Origin: a virus
Lineage: Duplodnaviria; Caudoviricetes
Direction: 5' to 3' (one strand)
DNA length: 64,000 nt
Virus record (IMG/VR): IMGVR_UViG_3300011116_001229
A model generated the notes under the pieces. That model was not told where the DNA came from. It did no database searches and worked only from the letters and a program-made list of their open reading frames with translations. Below are positions 28,776-38,196 of this stretch, piece by piece. Every line of letters begins with the position of its first letter. The stretch's first letter is position 1. Position numbers and translations under genes: made by a program.

Positions 28776-31700
28776 ATGAACAGCACAAAGGAGAAGAGCT
28801 ACTTGAAGCTTGAGTCCGTGCGACCTCCTACTCGGTTTGTGGGGTTTCACGCGCACTCAGGCTTCTCGTAAAGTTACGACATTTGACGGTTTGGGTTACC
28901 CTGCAGATCACATTGCCTTTGTCACCTCTGAGTCACAAGGCATGGATGCCTGGGCACTGACAGATCACGGCAATGGCAACGGACTTGCACACGCACATTC
29001 TGCTGCCAAGAAGATTCAGAAGAAAGGTGTGAAGTATCGACAGCTCTACGGCGTGGAGTTCTACTTCGTTCCTTCACTTTCGCAGTGGCGTATCGATTAC
29101 GAGGCCCACAAGCAATCAGTCAAGGACGCGAAGTCTGCAGCTGAGGCTGAGAAGAAAGCAAAGATTCGAACTGACATCGACGCTGACGAGGCAGCAGAGG
29201 AAGAGGAGGCCGGTGGCCACGTCGTGGAGGATGAGGCAGAGACGAAGGCCGACGACTACAAGGAGAAGCCTGACTGGCAGCGTCGTTACCACCTCGTGGC
29301 AGTGGCGCAGTCAGCTGAGGGGCTCGCGAACATCAACCGTCTCGTCAAGGCATCATTTAAAGACGGATTCTACCGTTATCCACGCATCGACTTCGACCTC
29401 CTCAGAAAGTGGGGCAAAGGGATCGTGTGGTCGAGCGCCTGCCTCGGCGGAACAATGGCGGGTACAATTCTACGAGGCGTAGCACATAATAGAACTTCTG
29501 AGCAAATTATTGCTGATCTTGAAGTTCTCACAGGTCAGTTCGTCGAAGCAGTCGGCCAAGAGAACTTCTTCCTCGAACTGCAATTCAATAAGCTCGAGAA
29601 ACAACACACCGTAAACAAGTACCTCATCGACCTGTCTCGAAAGACCGGTGTGAAGCTGCTGGCCACATGCGACTCTCACTATCCAGATCCCTCCAAGTGG
29701 CAGGCCCGTGAGCTCTACAAGAAGCTGGGCTGGATGGGCACGAAGCTAGACGAGCAAGCACTACCGAAGTTCGAGGACCTGAAGTGCGAGCTGTATCCCA
29801 AGAACGCTACCCAGATGTGGGACGAGTTCAAGAAGTCCTACGAACAGTACGACTTCTACAAGGGTTCCGAGGAGGAAGTTCGTGACGCGATCGAGCGGAC
29901 TCACGACGTCGCTTGGCAGCATTGCGAGGACACTTGGGTCGATGTGAAACCAAAGCTGCCCAAGGTCGACACACCAGAAAAAACAGCATTCCAGCAGCTC
30001 ACTGAGCTTGTTAAAGAAGGTCTTACCCGCGAAGGTCTTGCTGATAAGCCTGAGTATGTCGATCGAGCTAAATATGAGCTCGGAGACATCAAATATCTGA
30101 ATTGTGCTTCTTACTTCATTACGATGTATAAAGTGTTCAATCTTGCGAAGGAGAAGACGCTCTTTGGAAGCGGCCGCGGGAGTGGTGCGGGATCGCTCGT
30201 CAACTTCCTGTTAGGCATCACGCAGATCGATCCGATACCATACGGTTTGCTTTGGAGCAGATTTTTAGGACGACACCGAGTGAGCTTTCCGGATATCGAT
30301 ACAGACGCAGGTGACAGGGATGTCCTTATCGATGCGGCACGAACTCTGTTCGGCGATGACGCCGTGATCCCGGTGTCCAACTTCAACACCCTGAAGCTCA
30401 AGTCCCTCGTCAAGGACATCGCCAAGATCTACGGCGTGCCCTTCGAGGAGGTGAACGAGATGACCGGCCCTCTCCAGGACGAGGTGATGCCGCTGGCTCG
30501 AGACGAGGACCAGGAGAAGTCGGTCTTCGTGCTGAAGCATGAGGACTGCATGAAGTACTCGCCGAAGTACACGGCCTTCATGGAGAAGTATCCTGACGTT
30601 GCTGCACACGTCGAGACACTGTTCATGCAGAACAGGTCCATCGGAAGGCATGCAGGAGGCGTACTCTTAGCAGATCCTGAAGATCTTGCTGCAAACATGC
30701 CTATCATTGGCGTCAGAGGCGAGCTGCAGACACCGTGGACAGAGGGTATGAACTTCCGCAATCTGGAGGATAACGGCTTCTTGAAGTTTGACTTCCTAGG
30801 TCTCACGCTTCTCAAAGATGTCGAGAACTGCATTAGACGCATTCTCATCAAGAATGGCAATCTTGATCCTACCTTCCTGGACATTAGAGGCTTCTTCGAC
30901 AAGCATCTAAACTGTCGATACGTGAAGCAGGACGATCCTGCTGTGTGGAAGCATGTCTACCAGGACGGCTCGTTTGTGTCAGTCTTCCAGATGACTGCAG
31001 AGGGTGCTCGGAAGTTCTGCAAGGCAGTTAAACCGACGAAGATCGAAGACCTCACAGCTATTACAGCGATCTACCGCCCTGGGCCTCTCAAAGCAAACGT
31101 GCACAACCTCTTTGTCGAAGCTAGAAAGCTTGACAAGATCAATTACCCACACCCAATCATCGAGCAAGTCCTTGGACCTACGAAAAATTTCGTTGTGTAT
31201 CAGGAACAATTTATGTTGTTAGCAGAAAAACTAGGTGGCTTTACACCTGGTGAAGCTGATCAGCTGCGCAAGACGCTAGTTAAGAAGTCGCTTGACACGC
31301 TGGACAAAAAGTCATCAGAGAAGGAGCTTGCTAAGCAGAAGTTTATTGAGGGTGCTCAGCGACTTCACGGAGTTCCTCCAGAAGTGACCGAGCCTCTTTG
31401 GCAAACAATTGACAACATGAGCGTCTATTGTTTCAATAAATCCCACAGTTTAGCATATGCTATCGATTCCTACTATGCAGCATGGCTTCATACACACTAC
31501 GAGAAAGAGTGGCTGGCAACTGCACTTCAATCAGCTTCCAGCAACCCAAAAGAACTTGCGAAGACGATCTCCGAGATCAAGGCGTTAGGCTTCAAGTTCT
31601 CGAAGCACGACATCAACTACTCGGGCAAGGAGTGGCAGTTCTCTGAGGAGGCCGATGCTTTCGTGCCGCCTCTCGGTTCAGTGAAGGGAATTGGATCTGC

Positions 31701-32409
31701 AGCAGTTGAAGAGATCATGGCGAACAGGCCCTACAAGGATCTAGCTACTATGCTCTATGACGACGCAGGTGAGTGGCGACACAGCAAGGTGAACAAGACA
31801 GCTCTGTCAGCTCTTTGCAAGATTGATGCGCTTTCTTCTTTGGAAGATTTTAATCTAGGTAGAGTTAATAATCATAAGCAACTTCTAATGGCTTTGACAG
31901 ATGACAAGAATTACGAGATGCTTCGACGTGGTCTCTACGGCCTGACTGCATCGCAGCTGAAGAAGAAAGCTAAGGCCGGCGAAAAGATCGAAGCTTTCTT
32001 GGATCTAATGCTTACATCGCTAACAAATGTCGAAGATTGGTCTCGAGAAGAAAAGATTGAGATGTGTCAAGATTTAACACAATCTGTGGACACTGACCTG
32101 CTGTTTCCTCCCGCAGTCATGGAAAAGATTGCAGAAAAAAATGTTCCAAAACTTCATGATGTACCAGCAGGGGCTGAGGGAATAGGATGGTTCTGCGTTG
32201 CTGAAATTCAAATGAAGAAAACTAAGAATGGTAAAGTTTTCTATCGAATTAAAGCAACAGACGATGAACATCGAACAGCTTGGGTTAGAGCATGGGGAAC
32301 TCCAAAGGAAGAAATTCGTCCATACACACTTTGGGTTGCTCAAGTTCAAAATGATCCAAACTGGGGATTCTCAACGTCTGTGTATAAGATGCGTGAACTA
32401 GTTGGGTGA
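28776..32409 (+). CDS. dnaE: DNA polymerase III alpha (DnaE), interrupted: segment 28776-28868, 10-nt gap 28869-28878, segment 28879-32409
   Basis: First segment encodes FVGFHAHSGFS then TAA. The +1 frame resumes TFDG and continues TDHGN, GRGSGAGS, FPDIDTD, HAGG, KFDFLGL, YRPGP, YQEQ, FNKSH, KGIG and an OB domain. Confidence 0.93.
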
Positions 32410-32416
32410 GACTACA

Positions 32417-33328
32417 ATGAAGACACAACTTCCTATCAGGTATATAATCGTCGAAGGACCGGACCTTGCAGGTAAATCTACGTTTATTCAGCAACTGCAT
32501 AAGGTGACAGGTTTTAAATACAATATTCAGGATAGATCATGTCTTTCTATGTTGTGCTACGCGAGACAGTATAGTCGGGATATTGATCTACAGCGTCAAT
32601 TCTTGCATGAAGAGTTGTCTGATCTTAATAACTTTTTTATTGTGCTCCTACCATCAGAAGAAGTTTTGCTAGATCGACTTGCGTATAGAGGCGATGAGTT
32701 TCAGAATTCATCATCCGTTGTGACTCTTAGAAATCTATTTGTTGAAGAGACTGAAAGTGTTGAGCACAAACCGAATGTTCTCGTGATTAGAAATATTGCT
32801 TCAGCAGAACAGCTAGCTGAGTATGTCAGTCAGCGTTTGCGCTCATATGAAAGTCCTACAATTGAAAAAGCTGGTGCGATGACTTCACGCTGGATTACAA
32901 GTGATCAACATCCTGAAATGCAACTAAAGCTTAAGCTGCACATCAATCCAGCACATGATGATGCTGAAATACTCAAACATCCGCATGAAGGTGAATATTA
33001 TTCTGGAATATTGGAAAGATGTTGCTCAATTATTCAAGATGAATTGGATGGAAAGAATCCGTACAACAAACCACAAGATCTCACGTCAAGACGGTTCTTC
33101 TATTCAAGTGATTCTTGCATCTCATCTATTCACTTTTTGCCAAGAGACGGCAGTTTAAAAGTTCTTTGCACGCTCCGCAGTACTGACGTTAACAAGAATG
33201 GATCGATTGACACGAGATTTTTAGCTCACTTGTCAGCTTTCGTTGCTAGGAAATTTAAATGGCCAACATCTAACATTGCGCTTTTCATCAACTTTAATAG
33301 TGCACATGTAAGAAAAGATTTAGAGTGA
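32417..33328 (+). CDS. NMP kinase fused to a truncated thymidylate-synthase-fold domain
   Basis: EGPDLAGKST and QDRS in the kinase part; SCISSIHF...LRSTDV..N..D...NSAHV in the TS-like part. Confidence 0.7.
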   Translation: MKTQLPIRYIIVEGPDLAGKSTFIQQLHKVTGFKYNIQDRSCLSMLCYARQYSRDIDLQRQFLHEELSDLNNFFIVLLPSEEVLLDRLAYRGDEFQNSSSVVTLRNLFVEETESVEHKPNVLVIRNIASAEQLAEYVSQRLRSYESPTIEKAGAMTSRWITSDQHPEMQLKLKLHINPAHDDAEILKHPHEGEYYSGILERCCSIIQDELDGKNPYNKPQDLTSRRFFYSSDSCISSIHFLPRDGSLKVLCTLRSTDVNKNGSIDTRFLAHLSAFVARKFKWPTSNIALFINFNSAHVRKDLE

Positions 33329-33344
33329 CATTATAATTGCTGAC

Positions 33345-34340
33345 ATGATTAAGATACTGATAACTGGCGCTGCAGGTTTGCTGGGAAATAATCTATCACG
33401 ACATTTTATTAGCAAGGGATTCAGGGTTGTCGGAGTAGATGACTTTAGCGGTGGATTTAAAGATTTAGTGCATGGAAATGTGCATCTGTATGAATGTAAT
33501 CTGACGGACGATAAAAAAGTTTCTCAGATCTTTATGACAGAAAAACCCGACTATGTGTTTCACTTTGCAGCATATGCAGCTGTTGGTTTGAGTCCATTTA
33601 TACGCAGGCACAACTATATGAATAATGTTGTTGCTTCTGCAAATGTTATTAATGCGTGTGTCAATTATGGAGTTCAAAAGCTAATATTTGCAAGCTCAAT
33701 GGACGTATACGGCACGCAAGATCCACCGTTTGTTGAGTCCCAGCGACCTATGCCAGAAGATCCGTATGGCATTGCAAAATTTACAATAGAGCAGGACATA
33801 CATGCTGCAGGTCGCCTTTTTGGCCTGAGATACAGCATCGTAAGGCCCCACAATGTCTTTGGTGTCTACCAGAATATTTGGGACAAATATAGGAATGTAA
33901 TAGGCATCTGGATTAGGCAGAGTTTATCTGGACAACCCCTGACAATCTATGGTGAAGGCAAGCAGATGCGCTCTTTCTCCGACATTGAATTTTACATGGA
34001 GCCTTTTGAGAAACTATTGGAGCTAGGTGATGGTGAGATTTACAATATTGGTGCTGATAGCTACGTCTCTATTTCCGAAGCTGCAAGTAGATTTCAGTCT
34101 GTTGCAAAGCATAATGGTCTTGACACTTCGGTTATTCACCTCGAACCTCGAGATGAAGTAATTTTTGCTTATTGCGATCATTCAAAAGCCAAGAGTCAGC
34201 TAGGTTTTAAAGACGGCACACATTTTGAAAATCTAGTTAACAAAATGATTATATGGGCGAAAAGTCAACCACAAAGACCTGTTAAGTTAATGGATTATGA
34301 AATAGAAAAGGGAATGTACTCTTATTGGAAGAAGAGTTAA
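33345..34340 (+). CDS. NAD-dependent NDP-sugar epimerase/dehydratase
   Basis: ITGAAGLLG, HFAA, YGIAK, RPHNVFG, RSFSDI. Confidence 0.9.
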   Translation: MIKILITGAAGLLGNNLSRHFISKGFRVVGVDDFSGGFKDLVHGNVHLYECNLTDDKKVSQIFMTEKPDYVFHFAAYAAVGLSPFIRRHNYMNNVVASANVINACVNYGVQKLIFASSMDVYGTQDPPFVESQRPMPEDPYGIAKFTIEQDIHAAGRLFGLRYSIVRPHNVFGVYQNIWDKYRNVIGIWIRQSLSGQPLTIYGEGKQMRSFSDIEFYMEPFEKLLELGDGEIYNIGADSYVSISEAASRFQSVAKHNGLDTSVIHLEPRDEVIFAYCDHSKAKSQLGFKDGTHFENLVNKMIIWAKSQPQRPVKLMDYEIEKGMYSYWKKS

Positions 34341-34366
34341 TATGACTGCGTACAAGGAGAGCAGAA

Positions 34367-35320
34367 ATGATTAAGGCGCTTATTACTGGGGGAGCTGGTT
34401 TTATTGGAAGCAATTTATGTAATACACTACATAAAATGGGATGGGATATTGACATTGTTGACAATATGTCTAATGGTCATGTTGAATTTTTGCATGTTGA
34501 TCTTCGATCAGAAAAACTTTGGGTTGAAGATTTTGCTGCTTATGAAGTTCTTGAAAAGATTGGTAGCAAAGAATATGATTACGTCTTTCATTTGGCTGCA
34601 AATCCAAGAGTAACTTACTCTATTGAAAATCCTGTTGAAACACATGAAACTAACGTTTTGAAAACGTTAATGCTGCTAGACGCATGTAAAGGCAATATTA
34701 AGCGCTTAGTTTTTGCTGCATCTTCATCTACTTATGGAAATGCCGATGTACTCCCAACGACCGAGGATTTGCCAGACAGCCCAAAATCACCGTATGCTTT
34801 GCAGAAAGCAATCGTTGAAAAATACTTAAAACTTTATAGCGAGCTCTACGGTTTAGATTCTGCCTGTCTTAGGTTCTTTAATGTTTTTGGACCGAACCAG
34901 CTTGGTGATTCCCCCTACTCTACGGCAATTTGTGCATGGTTGACAGCAATTAAAAGAGATAAATCAATGAGATCAGACGGCGATGGATCTCAATCACGCG
35001 ACATGTGTTACGTTGATAATGTTGTTGATTGCTTGATTAAAGCTGCAATTGCTGAGAAAAATTTAAACGCTGAAGTTTTAAACGTTGGTGTTGGTGAAAG
35101 CGTTTCTAACGCCGAGATTCTTAAATATCTTAAAAAGAAGTATCCACAAGCAGTCTCACATGACGCTCCGTGGAGACCAGGCGATGTCATGCATACTAAG
35201 TCTGATATCTCAAAGGCAAAGAGGCTTATCGGATATGAACCAAAAGTTGATGTCTGGCAGGGCTTAGACAAAACTATCGTATGGTTTGAGGAAAACTGGT
35301 CCTGGCTTAAGAATATGTGA
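34367..35320 (+). CDS. NAD-dependent NDP-sugar epimerase/dehydratase
   Basis: ITGGAGFIG, HLAA, SSSTYG, YALQK, RFFNVFGP, RDMCYV. Confidence 0.92.
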   Translation: MIKALITGGAGFIGSNLCNTLHKMGWDIDIVDNMSNGHVEFLHVDLRSEKLWVEDFAAYEVLEKIGSKEYDYVFHLAANPRVTYSIENPVETHETNVLKTLMLLDACKGNIKRLVFAASSSTYGNADVLPTTEDLPDSPKSPYALQKAIVEKYLKLYSELYGLDSACLRFFNVFGPNQLGDSPYSTAICAWLTAIKRDKSMRSDGDGSQSRDMCYVDNVVDCLIKAAIAEKNLNAEVLNVGVGESVSNAEILKYLKKKYPQAVSHDAPWRPGDVMHTKSDISKAKRLIGYEPKVDVWQGLDKTIVWFEENWSWLKNM

Positions 35321-35329
35321 GGATTGATC

Positions 35330-35899
35330 ATGACTATTGTACCTGAGTTTATTGTTTACACCGGCCCGATGTTTTCTTCAAAAACATCAAGTCTTCTATC
35401 TTCACTTGAAAGATACAAATATCAGCACAAGAGAATTGTGCTCTATAAGCCTGAAATTGACGACAGATATAGCATTTCCGAAGTTGTCACACATGGCGGT
35501 CTTAAGATGCCTGCGTTTTGTGTTAAGACGGGCGCTGATATAATTGAGCACTTAGCAACTCTTAATGAAAATCCACACGTAATCGCAGTAGATGAGGCAT
35601 TCATGATTGCGGGTGTTGCAGATACACTTATTTGGCTGTATAGAAATGGTTACACTGTTGTTGTATCATCTTTGGACTTGTCAGCTGCAGGCACTGTTTT
35701 TCATGAGATTGAAAAGATGATGATCTGGGCGACTAGAGTTGAAAAATGCACCGCTGTTTGTACTGTCTGCGGTAGAGATGCTCATTACACTCATAAAAAG
35801 CAGACTGGGGGAGAAGAGATTGAAGTTGGTGGATCGGAACTTTACGAGCCAAGATGTTTCTTACACCATCTGCATATTGATAAGAGGCTAACGGACTGA
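35330..35899 (+). CDS. tdk: Thymidine kinase
   Basis: GPMFSSKT, VDEAF, C-terminal CTVC...YEPRC..H lasso/zinc site. Confidence 0.9.
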   Translation: MTIVPEFIVYTGPMFSSKTSSLLSSLERYKYQHKRIVLYKPEIDDRYSISEVVTHGGLKMPAFCVKTGADIIEHLATLNENPHVIAVDEAFMIAGVADTLIWLYRNGYTVVVSSLDLSAAGTVFHEIEKMMIWATRVEKCTAVCTVCGRDAHYTHKKQTGGEEIEVGGSELYEPRCFLHHLHIDKRLTD

Positions 35900-35900
35900 C

Positions 35901-36326
35901 ATGGACAGACCCGCATGGCCTGAAACGTGGATGAAGATTGCTTGGAATATCTCAGACAGATCTTATGATCCTCGACTAAAAGTTGGCGCTATAATTGTTT
36001 CAGACGATAATACTCGATTGCTTTCACTAGGCTATAACGGAAATTATCGAGGCGGTCCAAATGAGCCTGAGAGTGATGTGCCCGGACAAAGCGGAATGAT
36101 TCACGCAGAAGTAAATGCATTAATTAAATGTGATTATAATTTCAATAGAAAAAAGATCATGTACCTAACACATTCGCCGTGTGTATCATGCGCCAAGCTT
36201 ATTGTAAATGCCGACATTGCCAGTGTAATTTATGACGTGGAGTACAGGGATCTTTTGGGCTTGCAGATACTTACAAATTCAGGCATTCATGTAAATAGAC
36301 TGGGTGACTTGATAATTAGATCTTGA
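35901..36326 (+). CDS. dCMP deaminase
   Basis: VGA, GYNG, HAEVNAL, SPCVSCAK. Confidence 0.92.
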   Translation: MDRPAWPETWMKIAWNISDRSYDPRLKVGAIIVSDDNTRLLSLGYNGNYRGGPNEPESDVPGQSGMIHAEVNALIKCDYNFNRKKIMYLTHSPCVSCAKLIVNADIASVIYDVEYRDLLGLQILTNSGIHVNRLGDLIIRS

Positions 36327-36337
36327 GAATCTGTGCA

Positions 36338-36631
36338 ATGAAGAAAAAAGATAATGACTTTATCAGACTCATGCGTGAAGAGTGGAATGCAAAAATGTCC
36401 GCGCTTCAAGAAGAAGTTGAGCTTATGTTTAATACCAAGGTCGATAATGATAAAAAGACTGTCATTAGCCCCGGCTTAAAGATAAGAAGCAAAGATGAGC
36501 AAATTCTTTATAAAGTAGCCGCCGTGAGCATTAGAGGAGTCGATTTAAGACCACCAGATGCACCTGAAGATGGCTCTAAAGACTTCTTTGTTGACAAGGA
36601 CACCCTGGAGAAAAACTATGAGCTCGATTAA
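36338..36631 (+). CDS. Hypothetical protein
   Basis: ORF preceded by TAATTA at 36313. Confidence 0.6.
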   Translation: MKKKDNDFIRLMREEWNAKMSALQEEVELMFNTKVDNDKKTVISPGLKIRSKDEQILYKVAAVSIRGVDLRPPDAPEDGSKDFFVDKDTLEKNYELD

Positions 36632-37349
36632 GAAAAGCGATGAAATTCTTGGCATTGATGTCAATAGCATTATAAAAAATACTTTTAAAGAACAGTCAAA
36701 GACTTCTTCTGGCGGTCTAAAACAGGCGCTTGATGAAGCTTTTGTGCATGAGCCAAAACAGTTTAAGCAAGTTACTGAATTCTTGTCTGAGAAGGCAAAA
36801 TCTGCACATATTGAACTCTATAAGGGCTACATTGAGTCTTTTAATAAGGTGTCAGCAAAACTAGATTCAGTCAATAGATCTGAAGCAAATTCTAGACACG
36901 CCGATTACAGATCATTAAAACTTGACGAAGCGTATAACTTGAATGGTACATGGCTACACGAACTTCACTTTGCTAATGGTTTTGATCCACATTCAGAAAT
37001 AGTAATGGATTCAATGTCTTATCTTCGACTGCAGAGAGACTTTGGAACTTTTGAAGATTGGCAGAGAGATTTCATTGCCGCCGGCATGAGCGCAGGTAAT
37101 GGCTGGGTTGTTACAGGTTTTAATATGTTCTTAAAGAAGTATGTTAATACAATTGTTAGCCATCACAGTGGCGATATTCAAATGGGTCTCTATCCAGTAA
37201 TTGTGGTTGACATGTGGGAACATGCTTATTTTAGAGACTATCTTACAGACAAGAAGTCTTATTTGATTGCACAGATGAAAGAGCTGAATTGGACAGTCAT
37301 TGAGGAGCGCTTCAAGAAGGCTGAAGCCATAGCTCAGGTGTTAAAATGA
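36618..37349 (+). CDS. Fe/Mn superoxide dismutase family
   Basis: AHIELY, LHELHF, FGTFEDW..DF, DMWEHAY. Confidence 0.88.
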   Translation: MSSIKKSDEILGIDVNSIIKNTFKEQSKTSSGGLKQALDEAFVHEPKQFKQVTEFLSEKAKSAHIELYKGYIESFNKVSAKLDSVNRSEANSRHADYRSLKLDEAYNLNGTWLHELHFANGFDPHSEIVMDSMSYLRLQRDFGTFEDWQRDFIAAGMSAGNGWVVTGFNMFLKKYVNTIVSHHSGDIQMGLYPVIVVDMWEHAYFRDYLTDKKSYLIAQMKELNWTVIEERFKKAEAIAQVLK

Positions 37350-37879
37350 AAAATTCTATGTTTAGACATCTTGTAGCTTCGCTCTTATCAGAAGCAGACA
37401 AAAACGACAAGAAAGTAGAGATAGAGGATTCTCTCGATGCTCAAGTCGATAAATTCTTAATTTCATATGAGAAAGACTCAAAAGCTGTCAAGAAAGAATC
37501 ATTTGACTTTAGGCAGTCAATGAGAGATATGCTTATTGAAGCAGAAGAAGGCGAAGAAGAAAAATCAGACGATGATAACAAAGATGAACCAGCAGAGAAA
37601 TTACCTGCTGAAGATCTTGACATGGAGGCTTTCGTCAATAACGTAATGCGGCTTGTTGAGAACTATGATAGCTTGCTTGAGGTGAGAGATACAATTCTTA
37701 AAAGAGCGCTAAATTTTATAGCTAAAAATTACAAAAAAGATGCACAGACTTCTTTTGAAGATACAATGCTCGAACTGTATGGTGTAAAAATTGGTAGTTC
37801 CAAGCAAGATGTTGATGATGAATATTTCCCATCACCAAAAGCAGGTGCTGCCGGCCCGAGCGCTGGGGGTGGTGGTTGA
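37346..37879 (+). CDS. Hypothetical acidic protein
   Basis: 177 aa, overlap-coupled to the upstream gene; LLSEA and LIEA motifs. Confidence 0.65.
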   Translation: MKNSMFRHLVASLLSEADKNDKKVEIEDSLDAQVDKFLISYEKDSKAVKKESFDFRQSMRDMLIEAEEGEEEKSDDDNKDEPAEKLPAEDLDMEAFVNNVMRLVENYDSLLEVRDTILKRALNFIAKNYKKDAQTSFEDTMLELYGVKIGSSKQDVDDEYFPSPKAGAAGPSAGGGG

Positions 37880-38196
37880 GACACGATATTTTTCAGGACA
37901 GAAAAAGTATTCACATAAAGCTGTCCAAAGAATCACATGCTGCTTTGCGTGAAAAACTTTTTAAGTTTGGCCTGACTATGCAAGATGTGTTTGAAGAATT
38001 AGCTGTTTTAGTTTTGTCAGATAATTCTCGTGCCGATAGACTGATACAAAGCATCATAAGGAAGAAAATAAAAGAACAGTTAGATGGTCCAAAGAAAAAT
38101 GTGAGTCATCGACGATCTATGAATGAATTTGATGCAGAAACACTGTATAATTTAATTGAAGAAGGACAAGAATTTGATGACGACAGACAAGCATGA
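37876..38196 (+). CDS. Ribbon-helix-helix-like DNA-binding protein
   Basis: KSIHIKLSKESHAALREK...GLTMQDVF. Confidence 0.5.
   Translation: MRHDIFQDRKSIHIKLSKESHAALREKLFKFGLTMQDVFEELAVLVLSDNSRADRLIQSIIRKKIKEQLDGPKKNVSHRRSMNEFDAETLYNLIEEGQEFDDDRQA

Noticed and set aside
28863-28875. Simple +1 slip at TCG-TAA as in prfB
   Set aside because: UCG to CGU gives poor tRNA re-pairing and would add residues (RKVT) into a fixed-length motif; not excluded but less parsimonious than a 10-nt skip.
28810-28878. ORF-track N-terminus of DnaE (MSPCDLLLGLWGFTRTQASRKVT)
   Set aside because: It is the +1 shadow of the true PHP motif; the conserved HxHSxFS is in the other frame and the AAGGAG site is 16 nt from this TTG.
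27777-28900. Group I intron in dnaE containing the endonuclease
   Set aside because: The endonuclease lies wholly upstream of the dnaE start and the insert is only 10 nt; no room for a ribozyme core and none seen.
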